This document shows, piece by piece, positions 18,103 to 26,600 of a stretch of 64,000 nucleotides of DNA. Numbering within the stretch: position 1 is the stretch's first letter; every line of letters begins with the position of its first letter. The notes below the pieces were generated by a model that saw only the letters and a program-made list of their open reading frames with translations, made no database searches and was not told where the DNA came from. Origin of the DNA: a virus. Where the stretch lies: the IMG/VR virus record IMGVR_UViG_3300017792_000017, positions 80,969 through 144,968 of that record, one strand, 5' to 3'. The position numbers were made by a program, and so were the translations under genes.

Positions 18103-18792
18103 TTAGTCGTTACTATCTGAGTCAACCTTATATAGGTCGCCATTCAATTCAGCCATACTGAAACCTTCCAAGCTATCAAACCCTTCAAAGTCAGGTACAA
18201 CCTCACGAATAGCGATCTCAAGGTCTTTCTTAGCAGCGCCAGCATCGGTAGTCCAAATCTTCAACAGACGCGCAATGTCCATTGATAGCTTCGTCCACTT
18301 AGTTGCTTCACGGCTTGACTCTGATGCATTCTGGCTGAACATGGCTTCACGGCTCTTATAGACACATGTCGTAAAGAGATCGACTAGACCTTCAACCGGA
18401 GAAATTGTTACTTGTTTGCCCATTCTCCAAGAGATGAAAGGCAAACCTTGACTAAGTGCCCATGTTTTCAGGGCAGCTTCTGTTTTGTCACGCACATCCA
18501 AGAGTTCCATCTTGCTTAGTTTATCCAGTTCCATAACATCATAAAAAATGTCGTTGTACATCTGGATAACATCCGCTGGAATTTCAAGGATGTGGGAAAT
18601 AGCGTTTACGTCGTTGCTACAAAGCAAACTAGCTTCGACGTAACCTTTTTTGAGTTTCGATTCTTTTAAAGGTATGGCTTTCAGATAGGCGGTACGTTCA
18701 GGGCAATCCACTTCAGATAATAGGATATCTACTAGTGGATCAACGCCCCGAACATTGTTACGGATGTGTAATTCTCTCTGATTAACGCGCAT
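18103..18792 (-). CDS. hypothetical late protein
   Basis: 229-aa ORF in the late operon. Confidence 0.6.
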   Translation of the reverse strand: MRVNQRELHIRNNVRGVDPLVDILLSEVDCPERTAYLKAIPLKESKLKKGYVEASLLCSNDVNAISHILEIPADVIQMYNDIFYDVMELDKLSKMELLDVRDKTEAALKTWALSQGLPFISWRMGKQVTISPVEGLVDLFTTCVYKSREAMFSQNASESSREATKWTKLSMDIARLLKIWTTDAGAAKKDLEIAIREVVPDFEGFDSLEGFSMAELNGDLYKVDSDSND

Positions 18793-18802
18793 ATCTTCAT
18801 GT

Positions 18803-20770
18803 TTACTCTTTTACCGACATTTGTTTGCCGGGTGCTTCCGTATCAATAGAATCACTGACAGCAGCCATTTCTTTCAGCTTAATGAAATTGTCACCAAGCA
18901 GACGGTACACAGTCTTAAGCGAAGCTAGGAAAGCGTATACTTGATCGGCATCATTTGCTTCAGCAAGGCGGCTAATGTGAACACGAGCCATGAACAGAGT
19001 ACGACCAAGCTTATCAATTGCTTCTTCAATGTCTGGCAGATATTCATTGATCAGCTCAAACATATCAGGAGCTTGAAGAAGTTCAGAAATAATCGTCGCT
19101 TCCGTTACCTGTGCATCACCAGCCTTAAGAGATTCTTGAACGTTAGGAATCATGTTTCCGTTTGGCTTGTAAGCCCCGTTCATCGTAACTTCATCTGGTT
19201 CAATGCCAGTTAGGTCTTCTTCACCATAACTAGGAATCTTGCCATCGTCTGAATCTGTTGTGAAGCCAGCGCGCTTAGTCATGTAGACCTTTGCAAACTT
19301 AACTTCCTTAGCCTGTTTTACAAATGATGCTGCATGTTCAGGATCAATACCTTCACCTACGACTAGACGCTTCATTACGTCAGCTTCGGCACCAGCAGTC
19401 TTACCATTGATAGCAAATTCAATACCATCGTAGCCAATATTCATTTCTTCACCAAGCCACTGAATATCAGTCAGCTTACGCTTGTGTGATGCTGCATTGA
19501 CGTTTACTTCTAGCTCACCGGTAATGTCTCTACGCAGTTTGAGAATAACTGAATTATGCGGAATATAGATCTCATGCTTTGAGCCCTTTCCACAAATACT
19601 GATTTCACCTGCAAGATTACGATAACCATATACTGTTACTGCACCATATCCTGTTTGATATGATGAGCCAGTTGCTTCTACTCCGAGGCTGCTAAGAGCT
19701 ACACGGTTAATAGAAATCGGACCCAGGAATCTACCTGAGTTAAGCACGATTACGATTTTATCACCAGATTCTACATCTTTCAACATTACTGGTGGATTAT
19801 ATTGGAAAAGAGTCTTTAGGACTTCTTTTCTGTCAAGGTTGTCGCCTACCGTAATAAAGCTACCTGAAAGCGCATAGTCGCCTGATGTAAAAATTGCAAG
19901 AGATGAAGTAGGATCCTCATAGCTACGACCGTAGCTCGTGCTCACACCTCTTGGGCTAGAACCCACAGTATACATTTTCGGAACGTACGCATCACGAGAC
20001 GAGCCATTAGTAAGCATAATTTCAAAATCTTTATCTCCGTCAAGATTTGTGATGTTACGGAAGGTCCCTGAAGAATTGAAATCATGCACACATACAGCTA
20101 CTCGTGAGGAAGGTTGCTCGCCTGAAATATGATACCCGTCGTTCAGGATTGAGGAGATCTGATCTGGGGTCATGCTTGGGTTTGCATCTGTGACTACTGA
20201 GATTGGAGCCTCATTAGTAGCAGCAGCCATACTTTGCGGCTTTTTCTTTAGAACGTCAAAGATTGCCTTCAGTCCATACATCTGATCGAGCGAGTCGTAA
20301 ACCGACTTTTCAGCTGCGATCTTTTCCATAGTAACCTGCTTTAGATAGTCAGGCATACTGGCTAGAAAGTCGGTAAGACGACTTGTACTAGCATAAACAT
20401 GTTTACCAGTGCGCGGAGGATTAATCATGTCCGCAACACTAGGATTACCAACGACAGTCTTCGGAATCTCCGTAGGCTTGCCTTGTTCGAGTTGGCTTGA
20501 AGCGACAACCATCGTCACTGTCTTCTTGGTCAGAGGGAAGAATTTCTTGTCTGTATCAAAGAAGATTGAATCAATCGGATATACGTTATCGTTTTTAGCT
20601 ACGACTGGGATGAAGAAGATTTCACTTCCGACTCTCAATACGAAGACACCGACTTGAATGCCAGTGTCGTCTTGAAGTTCCTCAGAAACGTCTTTAAACG
20701 TGATAATGTAATTTCCTAGCTCCGGAACAGTTTGAAGCAGTTTTGCAAGAGCGATGTCGGAGAAATCCAT
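18803..20770 (-). CDS. large virion structural protein with KxA sites
   Basis: 655 aa; late promoter at 20810-20816. Confidence 0.55.
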   Translation of the reverse strand: MDFSDIALAKLLQTVPELGNYIITFKDVSEELQDDTGIQVGVFVLRVGSEIFFIPVVAKNDNVYPIDSIFFDTDKKFFPLTKKTVTMVVASSQLEQGKPTEIPKTVVGNPSVADMINPPRTGKHVYASTSRLTDFLASMPDYLKQVTMEKIAAEKSVYDSLDQMYGLKAIFDVLKKKPQSMAAATNEAPISVVTDANPSMTPDQISSILNDGYHISGEQPSSRVAVCVHDFNSSGTFRNITNLDGDKDFEIMLTNGSSRDAYVPKMYTVGSSPRGVSTSYGRSYEDPTSSLAIFTSGDYALSGSFITVGDNLDRKEVLKTLFQYNPPVMLKDVESGDKIVIVLNSGRFLGPISINRVALSSLGVEATGSSYQTGYGAVTVYGYRNLAGEISICGKGSKHEIYIPHNSVILKLRRDITGELEVNVNAASHKRKLTDIQWLGEEMNIGYDGIEFAINGKTAGAEADVMKRLVVGEGIDPEHAASFVKQAKEVKFAKVYMTKRAGFTTDSDDGKIPSYGEEDLTGIEPDEVTMNGAYKPNGNMIPNVQESLKAGDAQVTEATIISELLQAPDMFELINEYLPDIEEAIDKLGRTLFMARVHISRLAEANDADQVYAFLASLKTVYRLLGDNFIKLKEMAAVSDSIDTEAPGKQMSVKE

Positions 20771-20849
20771 TTATAACAGTCCTTTGAAATATAAGCTCAA
20801 TTATGCAGATATTTTAGCAGAATAACCTGCATTTAGTCTACGTTTGATT

Positions 20850-21632
20850 TTAGCACCCATCTGGATGCTTATTATCGCCTGAGGCAACGGTGATTGCGGG
20901 TCCTGCTGCAGCGCCTTCTGCACTCTTATTAGCTACTGCTACTCCACCCGGCCCATTGGCTTTTGTAAAGTTAGCTCCGTAGTATATAGTAGATACGTAT
21001 GCTTCGGAAGAACTACCGTTACCCTTGTCGTTAGAAGCCAATCCGATATATCCTCGGAATGTTGCTTGCATACGACTGTCATAAGTAAACTGACCAATTG
21101 TAAACTTATTGCCTGCTTGCTTCACAAGTTTGTACTTCTGTTCAAGAACAACTAAACCAGCAAGGATTTGATCCTCAACTGTACTTTGACCGTTTAGTTT
21201 TGCCGCTAGACTTTCTCCAGGATTTACACAAAGTCTTGAAACTAAGTCTGGTCTCGCTATTTCAACTAGGCACTTACCTAGCTTCTGAGATCCGCCTTTG
21301 ACGTGGTTCCAACCCATACTTTGCATAACGCCCCAAGCTCGTAAGCCTTGATCGATATTTACCGATTGCTGGCTAATACCCTTTCCAATCACAGATTGTA
21401 CAGCACTAGCATTGATATAATCCCTTGCCCCAGATGAGTTTACAGGGTTAAGAGATGGACCTTGAGCATTGACATTGAAATGGCTCTCAGTTTGTATTTG
21501 AGCCATTATCAATTTTACAACGTCTGTTTCTTTACCCAAGGTATTAGCAAAGAACTGTTGAAGTAAATTGCTAATCGTAGTGCTACAAATCTGTTTAATC
21601 GAGGTATCGATAACTGATCCTGTAGCTGCCAT
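20850..21632 (-). CDS. virion-associated lysozyme/lytic transglycosylase-like protein
   Basis: AQIQTESHFN catalytic Glu motif; AWGVMQ. Confidence 0.6.
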   Translation of the reverse strand: MAATGSVIDTSIKQICSTTISNLLQQFFANTLGKETDVVKLIMAQIQTESHFNVNAQGPSLNPVNSSGARDYINASAVQSVIGKGISQQSVNIDQGLRAWGVMQSMGWNHVKGGSQKLGKCLVEIARPDLVSRLCVNPGESLAAKLNGQSTVEDQILAGLVVLEQKYKLVKQAGNKFTIGQFTYDSRMQATFRGYIGLASNDKGNGSSSEAYVSTIYYGANFTKANGPGGVAVANKSAEGAAAGPAITVASGDNKHPDGC

Positions 21633-23458
21633 TAGTATTGGCCTCCTGGACCTTCACCAAACTCACTGCCGAGAATGTACGGAGTGATAGGCTCTGTGCT
21701 ATGTACATCTGATTCCGCACCAACTGCAGCGCTTTCACGAAGCGTATTCTTAAGACCTGAGAATGAGAGCTTTGAAACCCAGTTATCATCAAGAAGCTTA
21801 GCTGTCTTAAGACCAGGTACAATCGGAGTAACTGTCAGGCCAGTATTGGCTACATGAACAGTTTTAACGCCGTGGCTCTTGAGATCATCGATATGATTGC
21901 CATCTAACAATGTACCGGCTGTAAGCTCGTGAACACCCTTTGCAAGAAGCTTTCCTTCAGCCTTATCGAGAGATACTTCGCCAGCGGTATTAGTAAGATA
22001 TTTCTGAACTGTGTTTACGTCAATCTTCTGGCCTGGGAGAAAGCCTGTCTCACCTGGATCTTGCACTTCTACGTGCTTGATAAGATTCTTTGCAATCAAT
22101 TCGAAGTGACGAGGATCAAGATCTGAACCATAGATACCACGTAGTTCGTGAGCCATGTGAATACGACCAGCTCCGAGACCCTTTAGGCCTACCAGTTTAC
22201 GAGGGTTAACAACACCAGTTGAAAGAGCATCACCCTTTAGAACATTATCACCTACAGCTACTTTCAAACCCTGTACTCGTGGTACGAAGTGCATCTGCTC
22301 ATTAACGAATACTTGATGGTCACCAAGAGGCGTTTGCTTAATTGCTGAAACTACACCATTGATATTCGTGATCGTTGCTTCATCCTTGAAGTTCTCGGCA
22401 GGGTTACGGAGCAAGTTTGAAGCTTGTTCATATGAGTTACCTTTACGAGCGCCAACAGACGCCTTGTGCTTTGTTGAAAGCATCGACTGCGTCAGAACTT
22501 CTGAAACTGATTGGGCCGCAATGACCCCGACATTTTCACCAATTTCTGGAAGCTTACCGTTAGCCATTAGGCCATAGCACTTTTTGCAAATGCCTTGATG
22601 AGCTTCGCATGTAAGTGAGCTACGGGCCTTGATACCTTTTTTGCCAGAATTAACAAGTTCTTTGTAGTAGTGTTCGTCAATCAGAGTATTAGTGCCAGCT
22701 TCGTAACGGCCAATAGCGCCTTTCTTATCTGTGATAGAAAGCAGAATACCATTAGTTGTTCCACAGTCATCTACAGTGATTACTTCATGAAAAGTAGTCG
22801 GAGAAAGTTCTTTGAATAGAGCGCCAGGAAGAGCAGTTGAAAGCTGTGATAGTACAGTAGAACCACGGCCCATGTACGACATGCTCAGCATTTCTGCGGG
22901 AGACATCCCTTTTGCAAATGATGACTTAATTACATATGGAACAAGTTCACCCTTCAAATTAATTGACATAAGTGGTGTGGAAGTACCGGTAGCCAACTGA
23001 GTTGGATTACCACGAGCGCCAGTACGTGCCATTTTCGCAGCAGTAGATCCCTTTGATAGAAGATAGTCAAGATTCTGCTTCTCAATCTTAGTATTGTATG
23101 CACCGGTCAATGCGCCAAGCTCATCGTTCTCTTTAGTCTTAGGAAGCTTCTTAGCGAAAATCTGATGAACCTTTGTTTCGAATTCATCGATAATAGCCTG
23201 ACGTTCATCACTTTCATTAATATAGTCCGTGAGCGGAGTTGTAGCACCGATGGCCGTAGCTTTATCGAAGAACTTTTTACCAAGATCATTTATAGTCTCG
23301 TGACTATTTGTACCACCGTACTTTAAAAGTACATTTACGAGATCGCTAATACCCTTCTTATCCAAGGGACGATATACGTCGTAATTATCCCTAGCCTCTT
23401 GAGTAGGCAATTCGGACTTTAGCTTCAGTGCACCGGCTGTTGTGAATCGTTCTGTCAT
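21632..23458 (-). CDS. RNA polymerase beta-prime, C-terminal part
   Basis: TGARGN, DDCGT, RSSLTC...GICKKCYG, GENVGVIAAQSVSE, HFELI. Confidence 0.9.
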   Translation of the reverse strand: MTERFTTAGALKLKSELPTQEARDNYDVYRPLDKKGISDLVNVLLKYGGTNSHETINDLGKKFFDKATAIGATTPLTDYINESDERQAIIDEFETKVHQIFAKKLPKTKENDELGALTGAYNTKIEKQNLDYLLSKGSTAAKMARTGARGNPTQLATGTSTPLMSINLKGELVPYVIKSSFAKGMSPAEMLSMSYMGRGSTVLSQLSTALPGALFKELSPTTFHEVITVDDCGTTNGILLSITDKKGAIGRYEAGTNTLIDEHYYKELVNSGKKGIKARSSLTCEAHQGICKKCYGLMANGKLPEIGENVGVIAAQSVSEVLTQSMLSTKHKASVGARKGNSYEQASNLLRNPAENFKDEATITNINGVVSAIKQTPLGDHQVFVNEQMHFVPRVQGLKVAVGDNVLKGDALSTGVVNPRKLVGLKGLGAGRIHMAHELRGIYGSDLDPRHFELIAKNLIKHVEVQDPGETGFLPGQKIDVNTVQKYLTNTAGEVSLDKAEGKLLAKGVHELTAGTLLDGNHIDDLKSHGVKTVHVANTGLTVTPIVPGLKTAKLLDDNWVSKLSFSGLKNTLRESAAVGAESDVHSTEPITPYILGSEFGEGPGGQY

Positions 23459-23483
23459 TTTAGTAAGTGGGTAAAATTATTCC

Positions 23484-23993
23484 CTATTTTAACGGTTCGG
23501 GTTCCGACATGTCTGGCCACCAACGGTTTCCTTTGGACAGGTTTTTAAAAGCTGGAAGCAATCTTAGATTAGCTACACAATGTAGGCCACAAACTGCGTC
23601 AGATTTAATGGGTACAATATGATCTACGTGCCATTCTTCCCCAGATAGCTTTGACCATGCAGAAGCTCTTCTATAAAAATCTTCGATAACTCTATGGTTG
23701 ACCCATTTAGGAGTCGCCTTCATTTTTTCAGCATGCCTTCTTGCATTTGCGGCCGCATACTTTGGAAGATTTGCTTTTTGATATGCAAGAGATTTTTGAT
23801 TGTATTTAAGTCTTTTTTCTTCGGAGAGATTTTTGTTATATTCGGCATCATACTCAGCTTTACGATTTTTAACAGAGTCCCTATATGTTTTCTCGCAGGC
23901 TTTACATTCTGAACGTAGTCCATTCTTGCCTAACTTACTCGGTCTGAAATTCTCTAAACCAAGTTCTACTTTACACTTTGTACACGTCTTCAT
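23484..23993 (-). CDS. HNH homing endonuclease
   Basis: CTKC/CKAC Zn finger; HVDHIVP...CGLH..NL...N..K.N. Confidence 0.9.
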   Translation of the reverse strand: MKTCTKCKVELGLENFRPSKLGKNGLRSECKACEKTYRDSVKNRKAEYDAEYNKNLSEEKRLKYNQKSLAYQKANLPKYAAANARRHAEKMKATPKWVNHRVIEDFYRRASAWSKLSGEEWHVDHIVPIKSDAVCGLHCVANLRLLPAFKNLSKGNRWWPDMSEPEPLK

Positions 23994-24017
23994 AATCTTT
24001 ACATATTACCTTTCCTT

Positions 24018-24034
24018 TTGGTATAAGTAAAGTA
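24018..24034 (+). promoter_or_regulatory. early promoter
   Basis: TTGGTATAAG-TAAAG-TA. Confidence 0.7.
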
Positions 24035-24189
24035 TGGAACATAGTTCTTACTTTAGGGAGTCGAGCGTGTACAAAGTTGAGTACGAGTTTGGAACCTGGT
24101 TTGTGTACAAACTCGGTAAGCGTCTTCCTAAACCTTTCGTTTCTTTTGAAGCCGCAGAGGCTCATGCAGAGGAGTTGAAAAATGGCTGA
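24034..24189 (+). CDS. small early protein (start ATG 24034 or GTG 24067)
   Basis: Open frame overlapping the next start; AGGGAG before the GTG. Confidence 0.5.
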   Translation: MEHSSYFRESSVYKVEYEFGTWFVYKLGKRLPKPFVSFEAAEAHAEELKNG

Positions 24190-24409
24190 AGAAATTACGC
24201 ACAACAGATGTAGACTTATCAGTGCAACTCCTGAACTTGTTTTTGTAGTGTGTCCTAAGGGGAGACATTACGCAACTGCCAAGGGGGAGGGTGCAATTTC
24301 TGACGCTAAGATCCTTACCAGTATGTATTGGGATGAAGTTGAGATGTTCGGATCAGCGATATATCCGGAAGATTTGGATAATCTTAGAAAACTGAGGGAA
24401 TCATGCTAG
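24182..24409 (+). CDS. hypothetical early protein
   Basis: GAGGAG RBS; translationally coupled. Confidence 0.6.
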   Translation: MAEEITHNRCRLISATPELVFVVCPKGRHYATAKGEGAISDAKILTSMYWDEVEMFGSAIYPEDLDNLRKLRESC

Positions 24410-24675
24410 CAGCATATAGAGTTGAAATGCTGGAGTCAGAGGCAGGATGGGGCACACGGCCTGACGGTTATATTTATGGTGCCACAAAAGAAGCTGTAGA
24501 GACGGCCCTTAAAAAAGTAGCGGCAGCTGCTAGTTACGAGGAATATTCCCGCCCCAATAGTGACATCGTACTAGTAGAGGTCAATGAAGATCTTTACGAC
24601 AAGCTCCACTGCTCTGATGGTCCGACTCTCTGGACGCCAGTAGGTAAGCACGCTGGCGATCTCACCCGCAAGTAA
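24403..24675 (+). CDS. hypothetical protein, paralog of 24698..25060
   Basis: Shared YRV-M-E...GW...DGYIY motif. Confidence 0.65.
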   Translation: MLAAYRVEMLESEAGWGTRPDGYIYGATKEAVETALKKVAAAASYEEYSRPNSDIVLVEVNEDLYDKLHCSDGPTLWTPVGKHAGDLTRK

Positions 24676-24697
24676 CTCAACCACATAGGGACAAGCT

Positions 24698-25060
24698 ATG
24701 TTTGCAGTTTACCGAGTTTGCATGAAAGAGTACATTCCCGGAATGGGATGGGTTGACGACGGTTACATTTACTCTGCTCAACAGTTTAGCGTTGAAGCTG
24801 AGCGTGAGCGTCGTCGTCTGAGTTGCTATCAGGAGTCTGGCAACGTCCACGGAAGCAAAGCTGAAATCGTGGTTGTTCACGAGACTTTTCTCCGTGACCT
24901 GAAGACCACTCCGGTCCTCTCTACCGTCAAGGGAAAGCACCCTGCAGATCAAGGTCTTCTCGAAGACTACAAAGTGCGTATGGCTAAGGCTGACACTCTT
25001 GGCTTTGATCCGGTTGCTCAACTTGCAAGAAATACCAGTGCCCTTTCAGCGGCTCTGTAG
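24698..25060 (+). CDS. hypothetical protein, paralog of 24403..24675
   Basis: Shared YRV-M-E...GW..DGYIY motif. Confidence 0.65.
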   Translation: MFAVYRVCMKEYIPGMGWVDDGYIYSAQQFSVEAERERRRLSCYQESGNVHGSKAEIVVVHETFLRDLKTTPVLSTVKGKHPADQGLLEDYKVRMAKADTLGFDPVAQLARNTSALSAAL

Positions 25061-25400
25061 CCTCAACTAGTTTGTAGTTCTTCTCCCATACCGGGCTGAG
25101 CGGGGTCAAATAGATACGATCCCCCAGCCCATACTTTTTCAGTAAATTTGGTAGGTACTGGTATAAGGGTTGGAAAAGCCTTCTACCTTTATTTTTACTC
25201 TTCGCAAGTGTCTTTGCTGTTCCGCCGAACTCACCAACAGCGTTTAAAACAAGGTAGCCTTTATAAATAGCAATGTCGATTGGGAGTCCAGCTATCCATG
25301 CTGTTCCCGGAAGCATCGTTGCATCTTTGAATTCGATTGAGACACCGGCTAGCTTTGCCCAGTCTTTTAAGAATTCATTGTCTTTAATGAGTAATGTCAT
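24984..25400 (-). CDS. hypothetical protein
   Basis: 138-aa ORF filling the gap between plus-strand genes. Confidence 0.45.
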   Translation of the reverse strand: MTLLIKDNEFLKDWAKLAGVSIEFKDATMLPGTAWIAGLPIDIAIYKGYLVLNAVGEFGGTAKTLAKSKNKGRRLFQPLYQYLPNLLKKYGLGDRIYLTPLSPVWEKNYKLVEATEPLKGHWYFLQVEQPDQSQECQP

Positions 25401-26528
25401 ATGGTTAATATTTCACAAACTGCAACTCCAGCTGACTACTGGACCCCACTCCCTAAAACCAATGATCAGCGGAGTCTCATACGTCGCCATGTAAATCAAG
25501 CAGTAAGAGACGCTGGTTCAGAAATTGGTATCGGTATAAATTTGCGTGAACTAAAAGAGTTTTACGTTCCCACCAGATCAGAAGTTTCAACTCAGCCTCT
25601 TTCCTATACTTTAGATGGTTACAGTTATAGACGAGCATCTAACGAACGTGTTATTACCGCAATTATAACAAGGCTCGGCCTGAGTTCAACTCCTGAACAA
25701 GTGCGACGTACTGATAAATGCACTTCATTTATGAATGAAGGTATTGAAATCAAATTATATCACTTCGGAGATGCGAAGGATACGGCACGAGGACACATCA
25801 GCGTAGATATTAATCTTCAGAGCATTCTTTTCGGTTACGATGGTCTTTACGATTTAATCAATATTGTACTCAAGAGTTCTGGGTTCAAGATTGGAAGCGA
25901 GTCTCTGTATCTGGAATATGAAGAAAACATCCCAGGACGAGGTCCGGTAAGCTTCAATGTAGCGCATAGTGCTGATCTTGTTTTTAAGGCACTCGGGATG
26001 AGTGGAAGAGCATTTTCGGATATGCTATATTCACGATATCGAGATGCTGGAGAAATTACAAGCTGGCTTCTGACTGGCAAGTACATTAGCTTCAACAATT
26101 TCTTTCTCGATGAAAATAAACGGTACGTAGGCCCAGGCGATTACTTCGGTTGTGATCTTTTTAGACAAGCAGTTGCATATCTTCAGGTTTCTGACTGGAA
26201 TACACTCCACAATCCTAAAGTACTTCCAGAAACTGCCAGAAAGCACATGCTTAAAAATTGGGAGGGTTGGAACCGTGCTACATACAAAGATTACAACGTT
26301 GCGATAGAAGGCGCTTCTAAGTATAAGCTGATCAATGAAAAGTACAACGACAGCATCATCCAAGAAGTAACTGGCTGGACTCCTGAAGACGTAATGTTCA
26401 AGACGTTTAAACCAGCGTTCGAACAAGAGATTTACGCTAAGCAAGATTTAGAGTTCTTCCTTCTTAGTTCATCTGTAGAAACTATCAAGGCTCGAATCGC
26501 TGAATCCCATCAGAGACTCACGGCTTAA
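25401..26528 (+). CDS. hypothetical protein, possibly a degenerate Pol-beta-family nucleotidyltransferase
   Basis: SVDINL...YDGLYDLI...GFKIG..SL pattern; catalytic DxD not clearly seen. Confidence 0.35.
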   Translation: MVNISQTATPADYWTPLPKTNDQRSLIRRHVNQAVRDAGSEIGIGINLRELKEFYVPTRSEVSTQPLSYTLDGYSYRRASNERVITAIITRLGLSSTPEQVRRTDKCTSFMNEGIEIKLYHFGDAKDTARGHISVDINLQSILFGYDGLYDLINIVLKSSGFKIGSESLYLEYEENIPGRGPVSFNVAHSADLVFKALGMSGRAFSDMLYSRYRDAGEITSWLLTGKYISFNNFFLDENKRYVGPGDYFGCDLFRQAVAYLQVSDWNTLHNPKVLPETARKHMLKNWEGWNRATYKDYNVAIEGASKYKLINEKYNDSIIQEVTGWTPEDVMFKTFKPAFEQEIYAKQDLEFFLLSSSVETIKARIAESHQRLTA

Positions 26529-26532
26529 GTTT

Positions 26533-26576
26533 TAAAATAGCTTAGACATGTTATAATGTGTCTGGGCTTTTTTTAG
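26533..26576 (+). promoter_or_regulatory. late promoter TAAAATA overlapping a terminator whose loop holds TGTTATAAT
   Basis: TAAAATA 26533-26539; hairpin GCTTAGACAT/GTGTCTGGGC then T7AG. Confidence 0.55.
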
Positions 26577-26600
26577 CCTTTCAAAGGGCGTCTTACAAGA

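Noticed and set aside
25158-25167. CTGGTATAAG as an early promoter
   Set aside because: Lacks the T at +6 seen in all other copies and lies inside an ORF; not counted
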